Assembly: GCA_009914755.4 (NCBI GenBank)
Contig: CP086569.2
Span: 60,896,001 to 60,960,000 of the forward strand
Direction of reading: 5' to 3'
DNA: 64,000 nucleotides
Origin: the human T2T-CHM13v2.0 reference genome, Homo sapiens
Each line of letters opens with the position of its first letter. Positions within the stretch are counted from its first letter, which is position 1. The notes under the pieces are model-generated. The model did not search any database and was not told where the DNA came from. It saw nothing but the letters and a program-made list of their open reading frames with translations. Below are positions 28,487 through 42,720 of the stretch, one piece after another. Position numbers and translations under genes: made by a program.

Positions 28487-31400
28487 CATTGACTGGAAAG
28501 GCTGGGTGTCGAAAGGAATTGACTCCAATGGAATGGAATCGAATGGAATGGAAGTGAATAGAATCGAACTAAATCGAATGGAATGGAATTGATAGGAACG
28601 GAATGGAAAGGAATGCAATGATTTGGCATGGAATGGAATCGAATGGCATCGAATGGAATGGAATGGAATGCAATGGAATGGAATGTATTAGAATGTAATG
28701 AACTTTAATGGAATGTACTCGAATGGATTCGACTGGAATGGAATGTTCTGGAAGTGAATGAACTCCAATGGAATGGATTCAAAAGGAATGGAATCGTACG
28801 GAATGGAATCTAATGGAATGGAATTAAATGGAAATGAATCAAATTGAATAGCACGGAATTGAATTGAATGAAATGGAATGCAATGGAATCTAATGAAACG
28901 GAAAGGAAAGGAATGGAATGGAATGGAATGGGCTGGAATGGAAAGGAATCGAAACGAATGGAATGGAATCGAACTGAAGAGACTGGAATGGAATGCACTG
29001 GAATGGAAGGGAGTGTAATGGAAGGTTCTCGAAAAAAATGGAATCGAATGGAATGGAATTGAATGGAACGGAATAGAGTCGAATGGAATTGAATGGAATG
29101 GAATGGACTAGAGTGAAATGGAATCGAACCACAAGGAATGGACAGGAATAGAATGGTCTCGAATTGAATGGAATCGTATGGAATGGCATCAAACGGAATG
29201 GAATGGACAGCCACGGAATGGAATGCACTCGAATGCAATGGAGTCGAAACTAATGGACTGGAATAGAATGGACTCGACTGGTACGGACTCCAATGGAATG
29301 GAATCGAATGGAAGGGAATCGAACGGAATGGACTCGAAGGGAAAAGACTGCAATGGAAAGGTCTCGAATGGAATGGAAATTAATGGAATGGAATGGAATC
29401 GAATGAAATGGAGTCAAAAGGAATGGAATCGAATGGCAAGAAATCGAATGTAATGGAATCGCAAGGAATTGATGTGAACGGAACGGAATGGAATGGAATC
29501 CAAAGGAATGGAATAGAATGGAATGGAATCGAATGGAAAGGACTCGAATGGAAATCACTCGAATAGAATGCAATTTAATAAAATAGGATCAAATGTAATG
29601 GAATGGAATGGAAAGGAATCGAAACGAAAGGAATGGAGACAGATGGAATGGAATAGAACAGAGAGCAATGGTATAGAATGGAATGGAATCATCTGGAATG
29701 GAATTGAATGGAATGGAATAATATGAAATGGAATGGAATGGAATGGAATGGAATGCCCTTGAATTAAATGGACTGGAATGGAATGGACTCGAACAGAGTG
29801 GAATGGAAAGTGTTGAGATAGAATGGAATGGACTCCTTTGGAATGGTGTAGTATGCAATGCAATCGACTGGCAGGGAATCAAAAGGAATGTAATGGAATG
29901 GATTGGACTGGAATGCAATGGACTCGAATAGATTGGAAACGGAATGCAAAGGAATGGAATGGAATAGTATGGAATGGAATGGAAAGGAATGGAGTGGAAT
30001 AGACTAGAGTGGAATGGAATGGACTGGAAAGCAATGGACTGGAATGGAACTTTCTTGAATGGACTGGAATCAAACGGAATGGAATGCAATGCAATCAAAT
30101 GGCATGGAATAAAATAGAATGAAAGAGAATCAAATGGAATTGAATCGAATGGAATCGAATGGATTGGAAAGGAATAGAATGGAATGGAATGGAATTGACT
30201 CAAATGGAATGGACTAGAATGGAATGGATTCGAATGGAAGGCAAAGGAATGGAATCTATTGGAATGGACTGTAATGGAATGGAATGGAAGGGATTGGAAT
30301 GGACTCGAATGGAATGGACTGCAATAGAAAGGATTCGAATGGAATGAAAAAGAATTGAATGGAATAGAACAGAATGGAATCAAATCGAATGAAATGGAAT
30401 GGAATAGAAAGGAATGGAATGAAATGGAATGGAAAGGATTCGAATGGAATGCAATCGAATGGAATGGAATCGAACGGAATGGAATAAAATGGAAGAAAAC
30501 TGGCAAGAAATGGAATCGAAATGAATGGAGTGTTATGGAACGGACTCAAAAGGAATTGAATGTAATAGAATGGAGTGGAGTGGACTCGAATATAATGGAC
30601 TGGAATGGAATGAAATCACATGGAATGGGAACGAATGGAATGGAATGGAAAGGAATGGAATCGAATGGAAAGGAATCGAATGGAAGGGAATGAAATTGAA
30701 TCAACAGGAATGGAAGGGAATAGAATAGACGGTAATGGAATGGACTCGAATAGAATGGACACGAATGCTGAAATTGAATGGACTCGAATGGAATGGAAAC
30801 GAAAGGAATGTCATCGAATGGAATTGAATCGATTGGAATGAAATCGCATAGAATGGAGTGGAATCAAATGGAATTGAATCGAAAGGAAAGGAAGCGAATG
30901 GACTGAAATGAAATGGAATGGAATTGAATGGAAAGTAATGCAATGGAATAGAATGGAACGAAATTTCACGGAATGGAATCAAACTGAATGGAATCAAATC
31001 AATGGAATCAAATCAAATGGAATGGAAAGGAATTGAATGGAGTAGATTGGATTGGATGGGATTGGAATGAAATGTACTGGAAAGGACTCGAATTTCATGA
31101 AACGGAATGGAATGAATTGGAACGGAACGGACTCGAATGGAATGGAATGTCATGGAATGGCATCAAATGGAATGGCATCAAATGGAATGGAATCGAATGC
31201 AATGGAATGCTATGGAATGGAATGGAATGCATTGGAATGGAATGTCCTCTAATGGAATGGATTCGAGTGGAATGGAATCGAATATAATGGAGTCGAATGA
31301 AATGGAATTGAAAGGAATGGGATCGAATACAATGGAATATACTGGAATGTAATGTAATGAACTCGAATGTAATTGACTGGAATGGAATGTACATGAATGG

Positions 31401-32054
31401 AATGTAATCGAATGGAAAGTAATCCAATGGAATAGAATCTAATGCAATAAAATCGACTCAGATAGAGTAGAATGTAATGTAATGGAGTGCAGTGCAATGG
31501 AATGGAATGGAATGGAATGCAATGGAATGGAATGGAATGGAATGGAATGGAATGGAATGGAATGGAATGGAATGGAATGGTGTGGAATGGATAGTAATGG
31601 ACTGGAGTGAAATGGACTGGAAAGGAATGGACTCAAATTGAAAGGGCTCGAAAGGAATGGAGTCAAATGGAATGGTCTGGAATGGAATGAACACGAATGT
31701 AATGCAATCCAATAGAATGGAATCGAATGGCATGGAATATAAAGAAATGGAATCGAAGAGAATGGAAACAAATGGAATGGAATTGAGTGGAATGGAATTG
31801 AATGGAATGGGAACGAATGGAGTGAAATTGTATGCAGTAGAAGAGAATAGAATGGAATGCAAGCGAAAGGAAAGGAATGGATTGGAATGGAATGGAATTC
31901 ATTGGAATGGAAGGGAATGTAGTGTAATGGACAGGCCTGGAATAAAGTGGAATGCTACGGTTTCGAATGGAATAAAAATGTATGGAATGGAATGCAATGA
32001 AACGGAATCGAATGTCATAGAATGTAATGGAATGCAAGAAAATGGAATCCAAAA
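28487..32054. repeat. HOR unit 9 (3568 bp), haplotype B
   Basis: Anchor at 28487 and 32055. Confidence 0.85.
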
Positions 32055-35000
32055 TCATTGACTGGAAAGGCTGGGTGTCGAAAGGAATTGACTCCAATGG
32101 AATGGAGTCGAATGGAATGGAAGTGAATAGAATCGAACTAAATCGAATGGAATGGAATTGATTGGAACGGAATGGAAAGGAATGCAATGATTTGGCATGG
32201 AATGGAATCGAATGGCATCGAATGGAATGGAATGGAATGCAATGGAATGGAATGTATTAGAATGTAATGAACTTTAATGGAATGTACTCGAGTGGATTCG
32301 ACTGGAATGGAATGTTCTGGAAGTGAATGGACTCCAATGGAATGGATTCAAAAGGAATGGAATCGTACGGAATGGAATCTAATGGAATGGAATTAAATGG
32401 AAATGAATCAAATTGAATAGCACGGAATTGAATTGAATGGAATGGAATGCAATGGAATCTAATGAAACGGAAAGGAAAGGAATGGAATGGAATGGAATGG
32501 GCTGGAATGGAAAGGAATCGAAACGAATGGAATGGAATCGAACTGAAGAGACTGGAATGGAATGCACTGGAATGGAAGGGAGTGTAATGGAAGGTTCTCG
32601 AAAAACATGGAATCGAATGGAATGGAATTGAATGGAACGGAATAGAGTCGAATGGAATTGAATGGAATGGAATGGACTAGAGTGAAATGGAATCGAACCA
32701 CAAGGAATGGACAGGAATAGAATGGTCTCGAATTGAATGGAATCGTATGGAATGGCATCAAACGGAATGGAATGGACAGCCACGGAATGGAATGCACTCG
32801 AATGCAATGGAGTCGAAACTAATGGACTGGAATAGAATGGACTCGACTGGCACGGACTCCAATGGAATGGAATCGAATGGAAGGGAATCGAACGGAATGG
32901 ACTCGAAGGGAAAAGACTGCAATGGAAAGGTCTCGAATGGAATGGAAATTAATGGAATGGAATGGAATCGAATGAAATGGAGTCAAAAGGAATGGAATCG
33001 AATGGCAAGAAATCGAATGTAATGGAATCGCAAGGAATTGATGTGAACGGAACGGAATGGAATGGAATCCAAAGGAATGGAATAGAATGGAATGGAATCG
33101 AATGGAAAGGACTCGAATGGAAATCAATCGAATAGAATGCAATTTAATAAAATAGGATCAAATGTAATGGAATGGAATGGAAAGGAATCGAAACGAAAGG
33201 AATGGAGACAGATGGAATGGAATGGAACAGAGAGCAATGGTATAGAATGGAATGGAATCATCTGGAATGGAATTGAATGGAATGGAATAATATGAAATGG
33301 AATGGAATGGAATGGAATGGAATGCCCTTGAATTAAATGGACTGGAATGGAATGGACTCGAACAGAGTGGAATGGAAAGTGTTGAGATAGAATGGAATGG
33401 ACTCCTTTGGAATGGTGTAGTATGCAATGCAATCGACTGGCAGGGAATCAAAAGGAATGTAATCGAATGGATTGGACTGGAATGCAATGGACTCGAATAG
33501 ATTGGAAACGGAATGCAAAGGAATGGAATGGAATAGTATGGAATGGAATGGAAAGGAATGGAGTGGAATAGACTAGAGTGGAATGGAAAGGACTGGAAAG
33601 CAATGGACTGGAATGGAACTTTCTTGAATGGACTGGAATCAAACGGAATGGAATGCAATGCAATCAAATGGCATGGAATAAAATAGAATGAAAGAGAATC
33701 AAATGGAATTGAATCGAATGGAATCGAATGGATTGGAAAGGAATAGAATGGAATGGAATGGAATTGACTCAAATGGAATGGACTAGAATGGAATGGATTC
33801 GAATGGAAGGCAAAGGAATGGAATCTATTGGAATGGACTGTAATGGAATGGAATGGAAGGGATTGGAATGAACTCGAATGGAATGGACTGCAATAGAAAG
33901 GATTCGAATGGAATGAAAAAGAATTGAATGGAATAGAACAGAATGGAATCAAATCGAATGAAATGGAATGGAATAGAAAGGAATGGAATGAAATGGAATG
34001 GAAAGGATTCGAATGGAATGCAATCGAATGGAATGGAATCGAACGGAATGGAATAAAATGGAAGAAAACTGGCAAGAAATGGAATCGAAATGAATGGAGT
34101 GTTATGGAACGGACTCAAAAGGAATTGAATGTAATAGAATGGAGTGGAGTGGACTCGAATATAATGGACTGGAATGGAATGAAATCACATGGAATGGGAA
34201 CGAATGGAATGGAATGGAAAGGAATGGAATCGAATGGAAAGGAATCGAATGGAAGGGAATGAAATTGAATCAACAGGAATGGAAGGGAATAGAATAGACG
34301 GTAATGGAATGGACTCGAATAGAATGGACACGAATGCTGAAATTGAATGGACTCGAATGGAATGGAAACGAAAGGAATGTCATCGAATGGAATTGAATCG
34401 ATTGGAATGAAATCGCATAGAATGGAGTGGAATAAAATGGAATTGAATCGAAAGGAAAGGAAGCGAATGGACTGAAATGAAATGGAATGGAATTGAATGG
34501 AAAGTAATGCAATGGAATAGAATGGAACGAAATTTCACGGAATGGAATCAAACTGAATGGAATCAAATCAATGGAATCCAATCAAATGGAATGGAGTAGA
34601 TTGCATTGGATGGGATTGGAATGAAATGTACTGGAAAGGACTCGAATTTCATGAAACGGAATGGAATGAATTGGAACGGAATGGACTCGAATGGAATGGA
34701 ATGTCAGGGAATGGCATCAAATGGAATGGCATCAAATGGAATGGAATCGAATGCAATGGAATGTTATGGAATGGAATGGAATGCATTGGAATGGAATGTC
34801 CTCTAATGGAATGGATTCGAGTGGAATGGAATCGAATATAATGGAGTCGAATGAAATGGAATTGAAAGGAATGGGATCGAATAGAATGGAATATACTGGA
34901 ATGTAATGTAATGAACTCGAATGTAATTGACTGGAATGGAATGTACATGAATGGAAGGTAATCGAATGGAAAGTAATCCAATGGAATAGAATCTAATGCA

Positions 35001-35608
35001 ATAAAACCGACTCAGATAGAGTAGAATGTAATGGAATGGAGTGCAGTGCAATGGAATGGAATGGAATGGAATGCAATGGAATGGAATGGAATGGAATGGA
35101 ATGGAATGGAATGGAATGGAATGGGATGGAATGGTATGGAATGGATAGTAATGGACTGGAGTGAAATGGACTGGAAAGGAATGGACTCAAATTGAAAGGG
35201 CTCGAAAGGAATGGAGTCAAATGGAATGGTCTGGAATGGAATGAACACGAATGTAATGCATTCCAATAGAATGGAATCGAATGGCATGGAATATAAAGAA
35301 ATGGATTCGAAGAGAATGGAAACAAATGGAATGGAATTGAATGGAATGGAATTGAATGGAATGGGAACGAATGGAGTGAAATTGTATGCAGTAGAAGGGA
35401 ATAGAATGGAATGCAAGCGAAAGGAAAGGAATGGATTGGAATGGAATGGAATTCATTGGAATGGAAGGGAATGTAGTGTAATGGACAGGCCTGGAATAAA
35501 GTGGAATGCTACGGTCTCGAATGGAATAAAAATGTATGGAATGGAATGCAATGAAACGGAATCGAATGTCATAGAATGTAATGGAATGCAACAAAATGGA
35601 ATCCAAAA
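32055..35608. repeat. HOR unit 10 (3554 bp), haplotype B with a 15-bp deletion
   Basis: Anchor at 32055 and 35609. 'aatccaatcaaatggaatggagtagattgcattgg' at ~34571-34610 lacks 'aaaggaattgaatgg' (ORF 34557..34841 is 94 aa instead of 99 aa). Confidence 0.85.
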
Positions 35609-38600
35609 TCATTGACTGGAAAGGCTGGGTGTCGAAAGGAATTGACTCCAATGGAATGGAATCGAATGGAATGGAAGTGAATAGAATCGAACTAAATCGA
35701 ATGGAATGGAATTGATAGGAACGGAATGGAAAGGAATGCAATGATTTGGCATGGAATGGAATCGAATGGCATCGAATGGAATGGAATGGAATGCAATGGA
35801 ATGGAATGTATTAGAATGTAATGAACTTTAATGGAATGTACTGGAATGGATTCGACTGGAATGGAATGTTCTGGAAGTGAATGGACTCCAATGGAATGGA
35901 TTCAAAAGGAATGGAATCGTACGGAATGGAATCTAATGGAATGGAATTAAATGGAAATGAATCAAATTGAATAGCACGGAATTGAATTGAATGGAATGGA
36001 ATGCAATGGAATCTAATGAAACGGAAAGGAAAGGAATGGAATGGAATGGAATGGGCTGGAATGGAAAGGAATCGAAACGAATGGAATGGAATCGAACTGA
36101 AGAGACTGGAATGGAATGCACTGGAATGGAAGGGAGTGTAATGGAAGGTTCTCGAAAAAAATGGAATCGAATGGAATGCAATTGAATGGAACGGAATAGA
36201 GTCGAATGCAATTGAATGGAATGGAATGGACTAGAGTGAAATGGAATCGAACCACAAGGAATGGAGAGGAATAGAATGGTCTCGAATTGAATGGAATCGT
36301 ATGGAATGGCATCAAACGGAATGGAATGGACAGCCACGGAATGGAATGCACTCGAATGCAATGGAGTCGAAACTAATGGACTGGAATAGAATGGACTCGA
36401 CTGGTACGGACTCCAATGGAATGGAATCGAATGGAAGGGAATCGAACGGAATGGACTCGAAGGGAAAAGACTGCAATGGAAAGGTCTCGAATGGAATGGA
36501 AATTAATGGAATGGAATGGAATCGAATGAAATGGAGTCAAAAGGAATGGAATCGAATGGCAAGAAATCGAATGTAATGGAATCGCGAGGAATTGATGTGA
36601 ACGGAACGGAATGGAATGGAATCCAAAGGAATGGAATAGAATGGAATGGAATCGAATGGAAAGGACTCGAATGGAAATCACTCGAATAGAATGCAATTTA
36701 ATAAAATAGGATCAAATGTAATGGAATGGAATGGAAAGGAATCGAAACGAAAGGAATGGAGACAGATGGAATGGAATAGAACAGAGAGCAATGGTATAGA
36801 ATGGAATGGAATCATCTGGAATGGAATTGAATGGAATGGAATAATATGAAATGGAATGGAATGGAATGGAATGGAATGCCCTTGAATTAAATGGACTGGA
36901 ATGGAATGGACTCGAACAGAGTGGAATGGAAAGTGTTGAGATAGAATGGAATGGACTCCTTTGGAATGGTGTAGTATGCAATGCAATCGACTGGCAGGGA
37001 ATCAAAAGGAATATAATCGAATGGATTGGACTGGAATGCAATGGACTCGAATAGATTGGAAACGGAATGCAAAGGAATGGAATGGAATAGTATGGAATGG
37101 AATGGAAAGGAATGGAGTGGAATAGACTAGAGTGGAATGGAATGGACTGGAAAGTAATGGACTGGAATGGAATTTTCTTGAATGGACTGGAATCAAACGG
37201 AATGGAATGCAATGCAATCAAATGGCATGGAATAAAATAGAATGAAAGAGAATCAAATGGAATTGAATCGAATGGAATCGAATGGATTGGAAAGGAATAG
37301 AATGGAATGGAATGGAATTGACTCAAATGGAATGGACTAGAATGGAATGGATTCGAATGGAAGGCAAAGGAATGGAATCTATTGGAATGGACTGTAATGG
37401 AATGGAATGGAAGGGATTGGAAAGGACTCAAATGGAATTGACTGCAATAGAAAGGATTCGAATGGAATGAAAAAGAATTGAATGGAATAGAACAGAATGG
37501 AATCAAATCGAATGAAATGGAATGGAATAGAAAGGAATGGAATGAAATGGAATGGAAAGGATTCGAATGGAATGCAATCGAATGGAATGGAATCGAACGG
37601 AATGGAATAAAATGGAAGAAAACTGGCAAGAAATGGAATCGAAATGAATGGAGTGTTATGGAACGGACTCAAAAGGAATTGAATGTAATAGAATGGAGTG
37701 GAGTGGACTCGAATATAATGGACTGGAATGGAATGAAATCACATGGAATGGGAACGAATGGAATGGAATGGAAAGGAATGGAATCGAATGGAAGGGAATG
37801 AAATTGAATCAACAGGAATGGAAGGGAATAGAATAGACGGTAATGGAATGGACTCGAATAGAATGGACACGAATGCTCAAATTGAATGGACTCGAATGGA
37901 ATGGAAACGAAAGGAATGTCATCGAATGGAATTGAATCGATTGGAATGAAATCGCATAGAATGGAGTGGAATCAAATGGAATTGAATCGAAAGGAAAGGA
38001 AGCGAATGGACTGAAATGAAATGGAATGGAATTGAATGGAAAGTAATGCAATGGAATAGAATGGAACGAAATTTCACGGAATGGAATCAAACTGAATGGA
38101 ATCAAATCAATGGAATCCAATCAAATGGAATGGAGTAGACTGGATTGGATGGGATTGGAATGAAATGTACTGGAAAGGACTCGAATTTCATGAAACGGAA
38201 TGGAATGAATTGGAACGGAATGGACTCGAATGGAATGGAATGTCATAGAATGGCATCAAATGGAATGACATCAAATGGAATGGAATCGAATGCAATGGAA
38301 TGCTATGGAATGGAATGGAATGCATTGGAATGGAATGTCCTCTAATGGAATGGATTCGAGTGGAATGGAATCGAATATAATGGAGTCGAATGAAATGGAA
38401 TTGAAAGGAATGGGATCGAATACAATGGAATATACTGGAATGTAATGTAATGAACTCGAATGTAATTGACTGGAATGGAATGTACATGAGTGGAATGTAA
38501 TCGAATGGAAAGTAATCAAATAGAATAGAATCTAATGCAATAAAATCGACACAGATAGAGTAGAATGTAATGGAATGGAGTGCAGTGCAATGGAATGGAA

Positions 38601-39153
38601 TGGAATGGAATGCAATTGAATGGAATGGAATTGAATGGAATGGAATGGAATGGAATGGCATGGAATGGGATGGAATGGTATGGAATGGATAGTAATGGAC
38701 TGGAGTGAAATGGACTGGAAAGGAATGGACTCAAATTGAAAGGGCTCGAAAGGAATGGAGTCAAATGGAATGGTCTGGAATGGAATGAACACGAATGTAA
38801 TGCAATCCAATAGAATGGAATCGAATGGCATGGAATATAAAGAAATGGAATCGAAGAGAATGGAAACAAATGGAATGGAATTGAATGGAATGGAATTGAA
38901 TGGAATGGGAACGAATGGAGTGAAATTGTATGCAGTAGAAGGGAATAGAATGGAATGCAAGCGAAAGGAAAGGAATGGATTGCAATGGAATGGAATTCAT
39001 TGGAATGGAAGGGAATGTAGTGTAATGGACAGGCCTGGAATAAAGTGGAATGCTACGGTCTCGAATGGAATAAAAATGTATGGAATAGAATGCAATGAAA
39101 AGGAATCGAATGTCATAGAATGTAATGGAATGCAAAAAAATGGAATCCAAAAT
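35609..39153. repeat. HOR unit 11 (3545 bp), haplotype B with two 15-bp deletions
   Basis: Anchor at 35609 and 39154. Deletion of 'aaaggaatcgaatgg' at ~37781-37800 (ORF 37478..37801 is 107 aa instead of 112 aa). The same 15-bp deletion as unit 10 is at ~38111-38140. Confidence 0.85.
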
Positions 39154-42100
39154 CATTGAATGGAAAGGCTGGGTGTCGAAAGGAATTGACTGCAATGGAA
39201 TGGAATCGAATGGAATGGAAGTGAATAGAATCGAACTAAATCGAATGGAATGGAATTGATGGGAACGGAATGGAAAGGAATGCAATGATTTGGCATGGAA
39301 TGGAATCGAATGGCATCGAATGGAATGGAATGGAATGCAATGGAATGGAATGTATTAGAATGTAATGAACATTAATGGAATGTACTCGAATGGATTCGAC
39401 TGGAATGGAATGTTCTGGAATTGAATGGACTCCAATGGAATGGATTCGAAAGGAATGGAATCGAACGGAATGGAATCTAATGGAATGGAATTAAATGGAA
39501 ATGAATCAAATTGAATAGCACGGAATTGAATTGAATGGAATCGAATGCAATGGAATCTAATGAAACGGAAAGGAAAGAATGGAATGGAATAGAATGGGCT
39601 GGAATGGAAAGGAATCGAAACGAATGGAATGGAATCGAACTGAAGAGACTGGAATGGAATGCACTGGAATGGAAGGGAGTGTAATGGAAGGTTCTCGAAA
39701 AAAATGGAATCGAATGGAATGGAATTGAATGGAACGGAATAGAGTCGAATGGAATTGAATGGAATGGAATGGACTAGAGTGAAATGGAATCGAACCACAA
39801 GGAATGGACAGGAATAGAATGGTCTCGAATTGAATGGAATCGTATGGAATGGCATCAAACGGAATGGAATGGACAGCCACGGAATGGAATGCACTCGAAT
39901 GCAATGGAGTCGAAACTAATGGACTGGAATAGAATGGACTCGACTGGTACGGACTCCAATGGAATGGAATCGAATGGAAGGGAATCGAACGGAATGGACT
40001 TGAAGGGAAAAGACTGCAATGGAAAGGTCTCGAATGGAATGGAAATTAATGGAATGGAATGGAATCGAATGAAATGGAGTCAAAAGGAATGGAATCGAAT
40101 GGCAAGAAATCGAATGTAATGGAATCGCAAGGAATTGATGTGAACGGAACGGAATGGAATGGAATCCAAAGGAATGGAATAGAATGGAATGGAATCGAAT
40201 GGAAAGGACTCGAATGGAAATCACTTGAATAGAATGCAATTTAATAAAATAGGATCAAATGTAATAGAATGGAATGGAAAGGAATCGAAACGGAAGGAAT
40301 GGAGACAGATGGAATTGAATGGAACAGAGAGCAATGGTATAGAATGGAATGGAATCATCTGGAATGGAATTGAATGGAATGGAATAATATGAAATGGAAT
40401 GGAATGGAATGGAATGGAATGGAATGCCCTTGAATTAAATGGACTGGACTCGAACAGAGTGGAATGGAAAGTGTTGAGATAGAATGGAATGGACTCGTTT
40501 GGAATGGTGTAGTATGCAATGCAATCGACTGGCAGGGAATCAAAAGCAATGTAATGGAATGGATTGGACTGGAATGCAATGGACTCGAATAGATTGGAAA
40601 CGGAATGCAAAGGAATGGAATGGAATAGTATGGAATGCAATTGGAGGGAATGGAGTGGAATAGACTAGAGTGGAATGGAATGGACTGGAAAGCAATGGAC
40701 TGCAATGGAACTTTCTTGGATGGACTGGAATCAAACGGAATGGAATGCAATGCAATCAAATGGCATGGAATAAAATAGAATGAAAGAGAATCAAATGGAA
40801 TTGAATCGAATGGAATCGAATGGATTGGAAAGGAATAGAATGGAATGGAATGGAATTGACTCAAATGGAATGGACTAGAATGGAATGGATTCGAATGGAA
40901 GGCAAAGGAATGGAATCTATTGGAATGGACTGTAATGGAATGGAATGGAAGGGATTGGAATGGACTCGAATGGAATGGACTGCAATAGAAAGGATTCGAA
41001 TGGAATGAAAAAGAATTGAATGGAATAGAACAGAATGGAATCAAATCGAATGAAATGGAATGGAATAGAAAGGAATGGAATGAAATGGAATGGAAAGGAT
41101 TCGAATGGAATGCAATCGAATGGAATGGAATCGAACGGAATGGAATAAAATGGAAGAAAACTGGCAAGAAATGGAATCGAAATGAATGGAGTGTTATGGA
41201 ACGGACTCAAAAGGAATTGAATGTAATAGAATGGAGTGGAGTGGACTCGAATATAATGGACTGGAATGGAATGAAATCACATGGAATGGGAACGAATGGA
41301 ATGGAATGGAAAGGAATGGAATCGAATGGAAAGGAATCGAATGGAAGGGAATGAAATTGAATCAACAGGAATGGGAGGGAATAGAATAGACTGTAATGGA
41401 ATGGACTCGAATAGAATGGACACGAATTCTCAAATTGAATGGACTCGAATGGAATGGAAACGAAAGGAATGTCATCGAATGGAATTGAATCGATTGGAAT
41501 GAAATCGCATAGAATGGAGTGGAATCAAATGGAATTGAATCGAAAGGAAAGGAAGCGAATGGACTGAAATGAAATGGAATGGAATTGAATGGAAAGTAAT
41601 GCAATGGAATAGAATGGAACGAAATTTCACGGAATGGAATCAAACTGAATGGAATCAAATCAATGGAATCAAATCAAATGGAATGGAAAGGAATTGAATG
41701 GAGTAGATGGGATTGGATGGGATTGGAATGAAATGTACTGGAAAGGACTCGAATTTCATGAAACGGAATGGAATGAATTGGAATGGAATGGACTCGAATG
41801 GAATGGAATGTCATGGAATGGCATCAAATGGAATGGCATCAAATGGAATGGAATCGAATGCCATGGAATGCTATGGAATGGAATGGAATGCATTGGAATG
41901 GAATGTCCTCTAATGGAAGGGATTCGAGTGGAATGGAATCGAATATAATGGAGTCGAATGAAATGGAATTGAAAGGAATGGGATCGAATACAATGGAATA
42001 TACTGGAATGTAACGTAATGAACTCGAATGTAATTGACTGGAATGGAATGTACATGAATGGAATGTAATCGAATGTAAAGTAATCCAATGGAATAGAATC

Positions 42101-42720
42101 TAATGCAATAAAATCGACTCAGATAGAGTAGAATGTAATGGAATGGAGTGCAGTGCAATGGAATGGAATGGAATGGAATGCAATGGAATGGAATGGAATG
42201 GAATGGAATGGAATGGAATGGAATGGAATGGAATGGGATGGAATGGTATGGAATGGATAGTAATGGACTGGAGTGAAATGGACTGGAAAGGAATGGACTC
42301 AAATTGAAAGGTCTCGAAAGGAATGGAGTCAAATGGAATGGTCTGGAATGGAATGAACACGAATGTAATGCAATCCAATAGAATGGAATCGAATGGCATG
42401 GAATATAAAGAAATGGAATCGAAGAGAATGGAAACAAATGGAATGGAATTGAATGGAATGGAATTGAATGGAATGTGAACGAATGGAGTGAAATTGTATG
42501 CAGTAGAATAGAATAGAATGGAATGCAAGCGAAAGGAAAGGAATGGATTGGAATGGAATGGAATTCATTGGAATGGAAGGGAATGTAGTGTAATGGACAG
42601 GCCTGGAATAAAGTGGAATGCTACGGTCTCGAATGGAATAAAAATGTATGGAATGGAATGCAATGAAACGGAATCGAATGTCATAGAATGTAATGGAATG
42701 CAAAAAAATGGAATCCAAAA
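39154..42720. repeat. HOR unit 12 (3567 bp), divergent haplotype-B unit
   Basis: Anchor variant 'tcattgaatgg' at 39154 (also at 42721). Many private substitutions (e.g. 'ggaaagaatgg' 1-bp deletion ~39577; 'gcaatggaactttcttggatgg' ~40701). Mixed 'ctcgtttgg...gtgtag' marker at ~40491. Confidence 0.8.

Noticed and set aside
39154-42720. Unit 12 as a foreign insertion, because it has many private substitutions
   Set aside because: It is collinear with the HOR over its whole length (3567 bp). Its differences are point substitutions and 1-bp indels, consistent with an older, less homogenised copy rather than different sequence.
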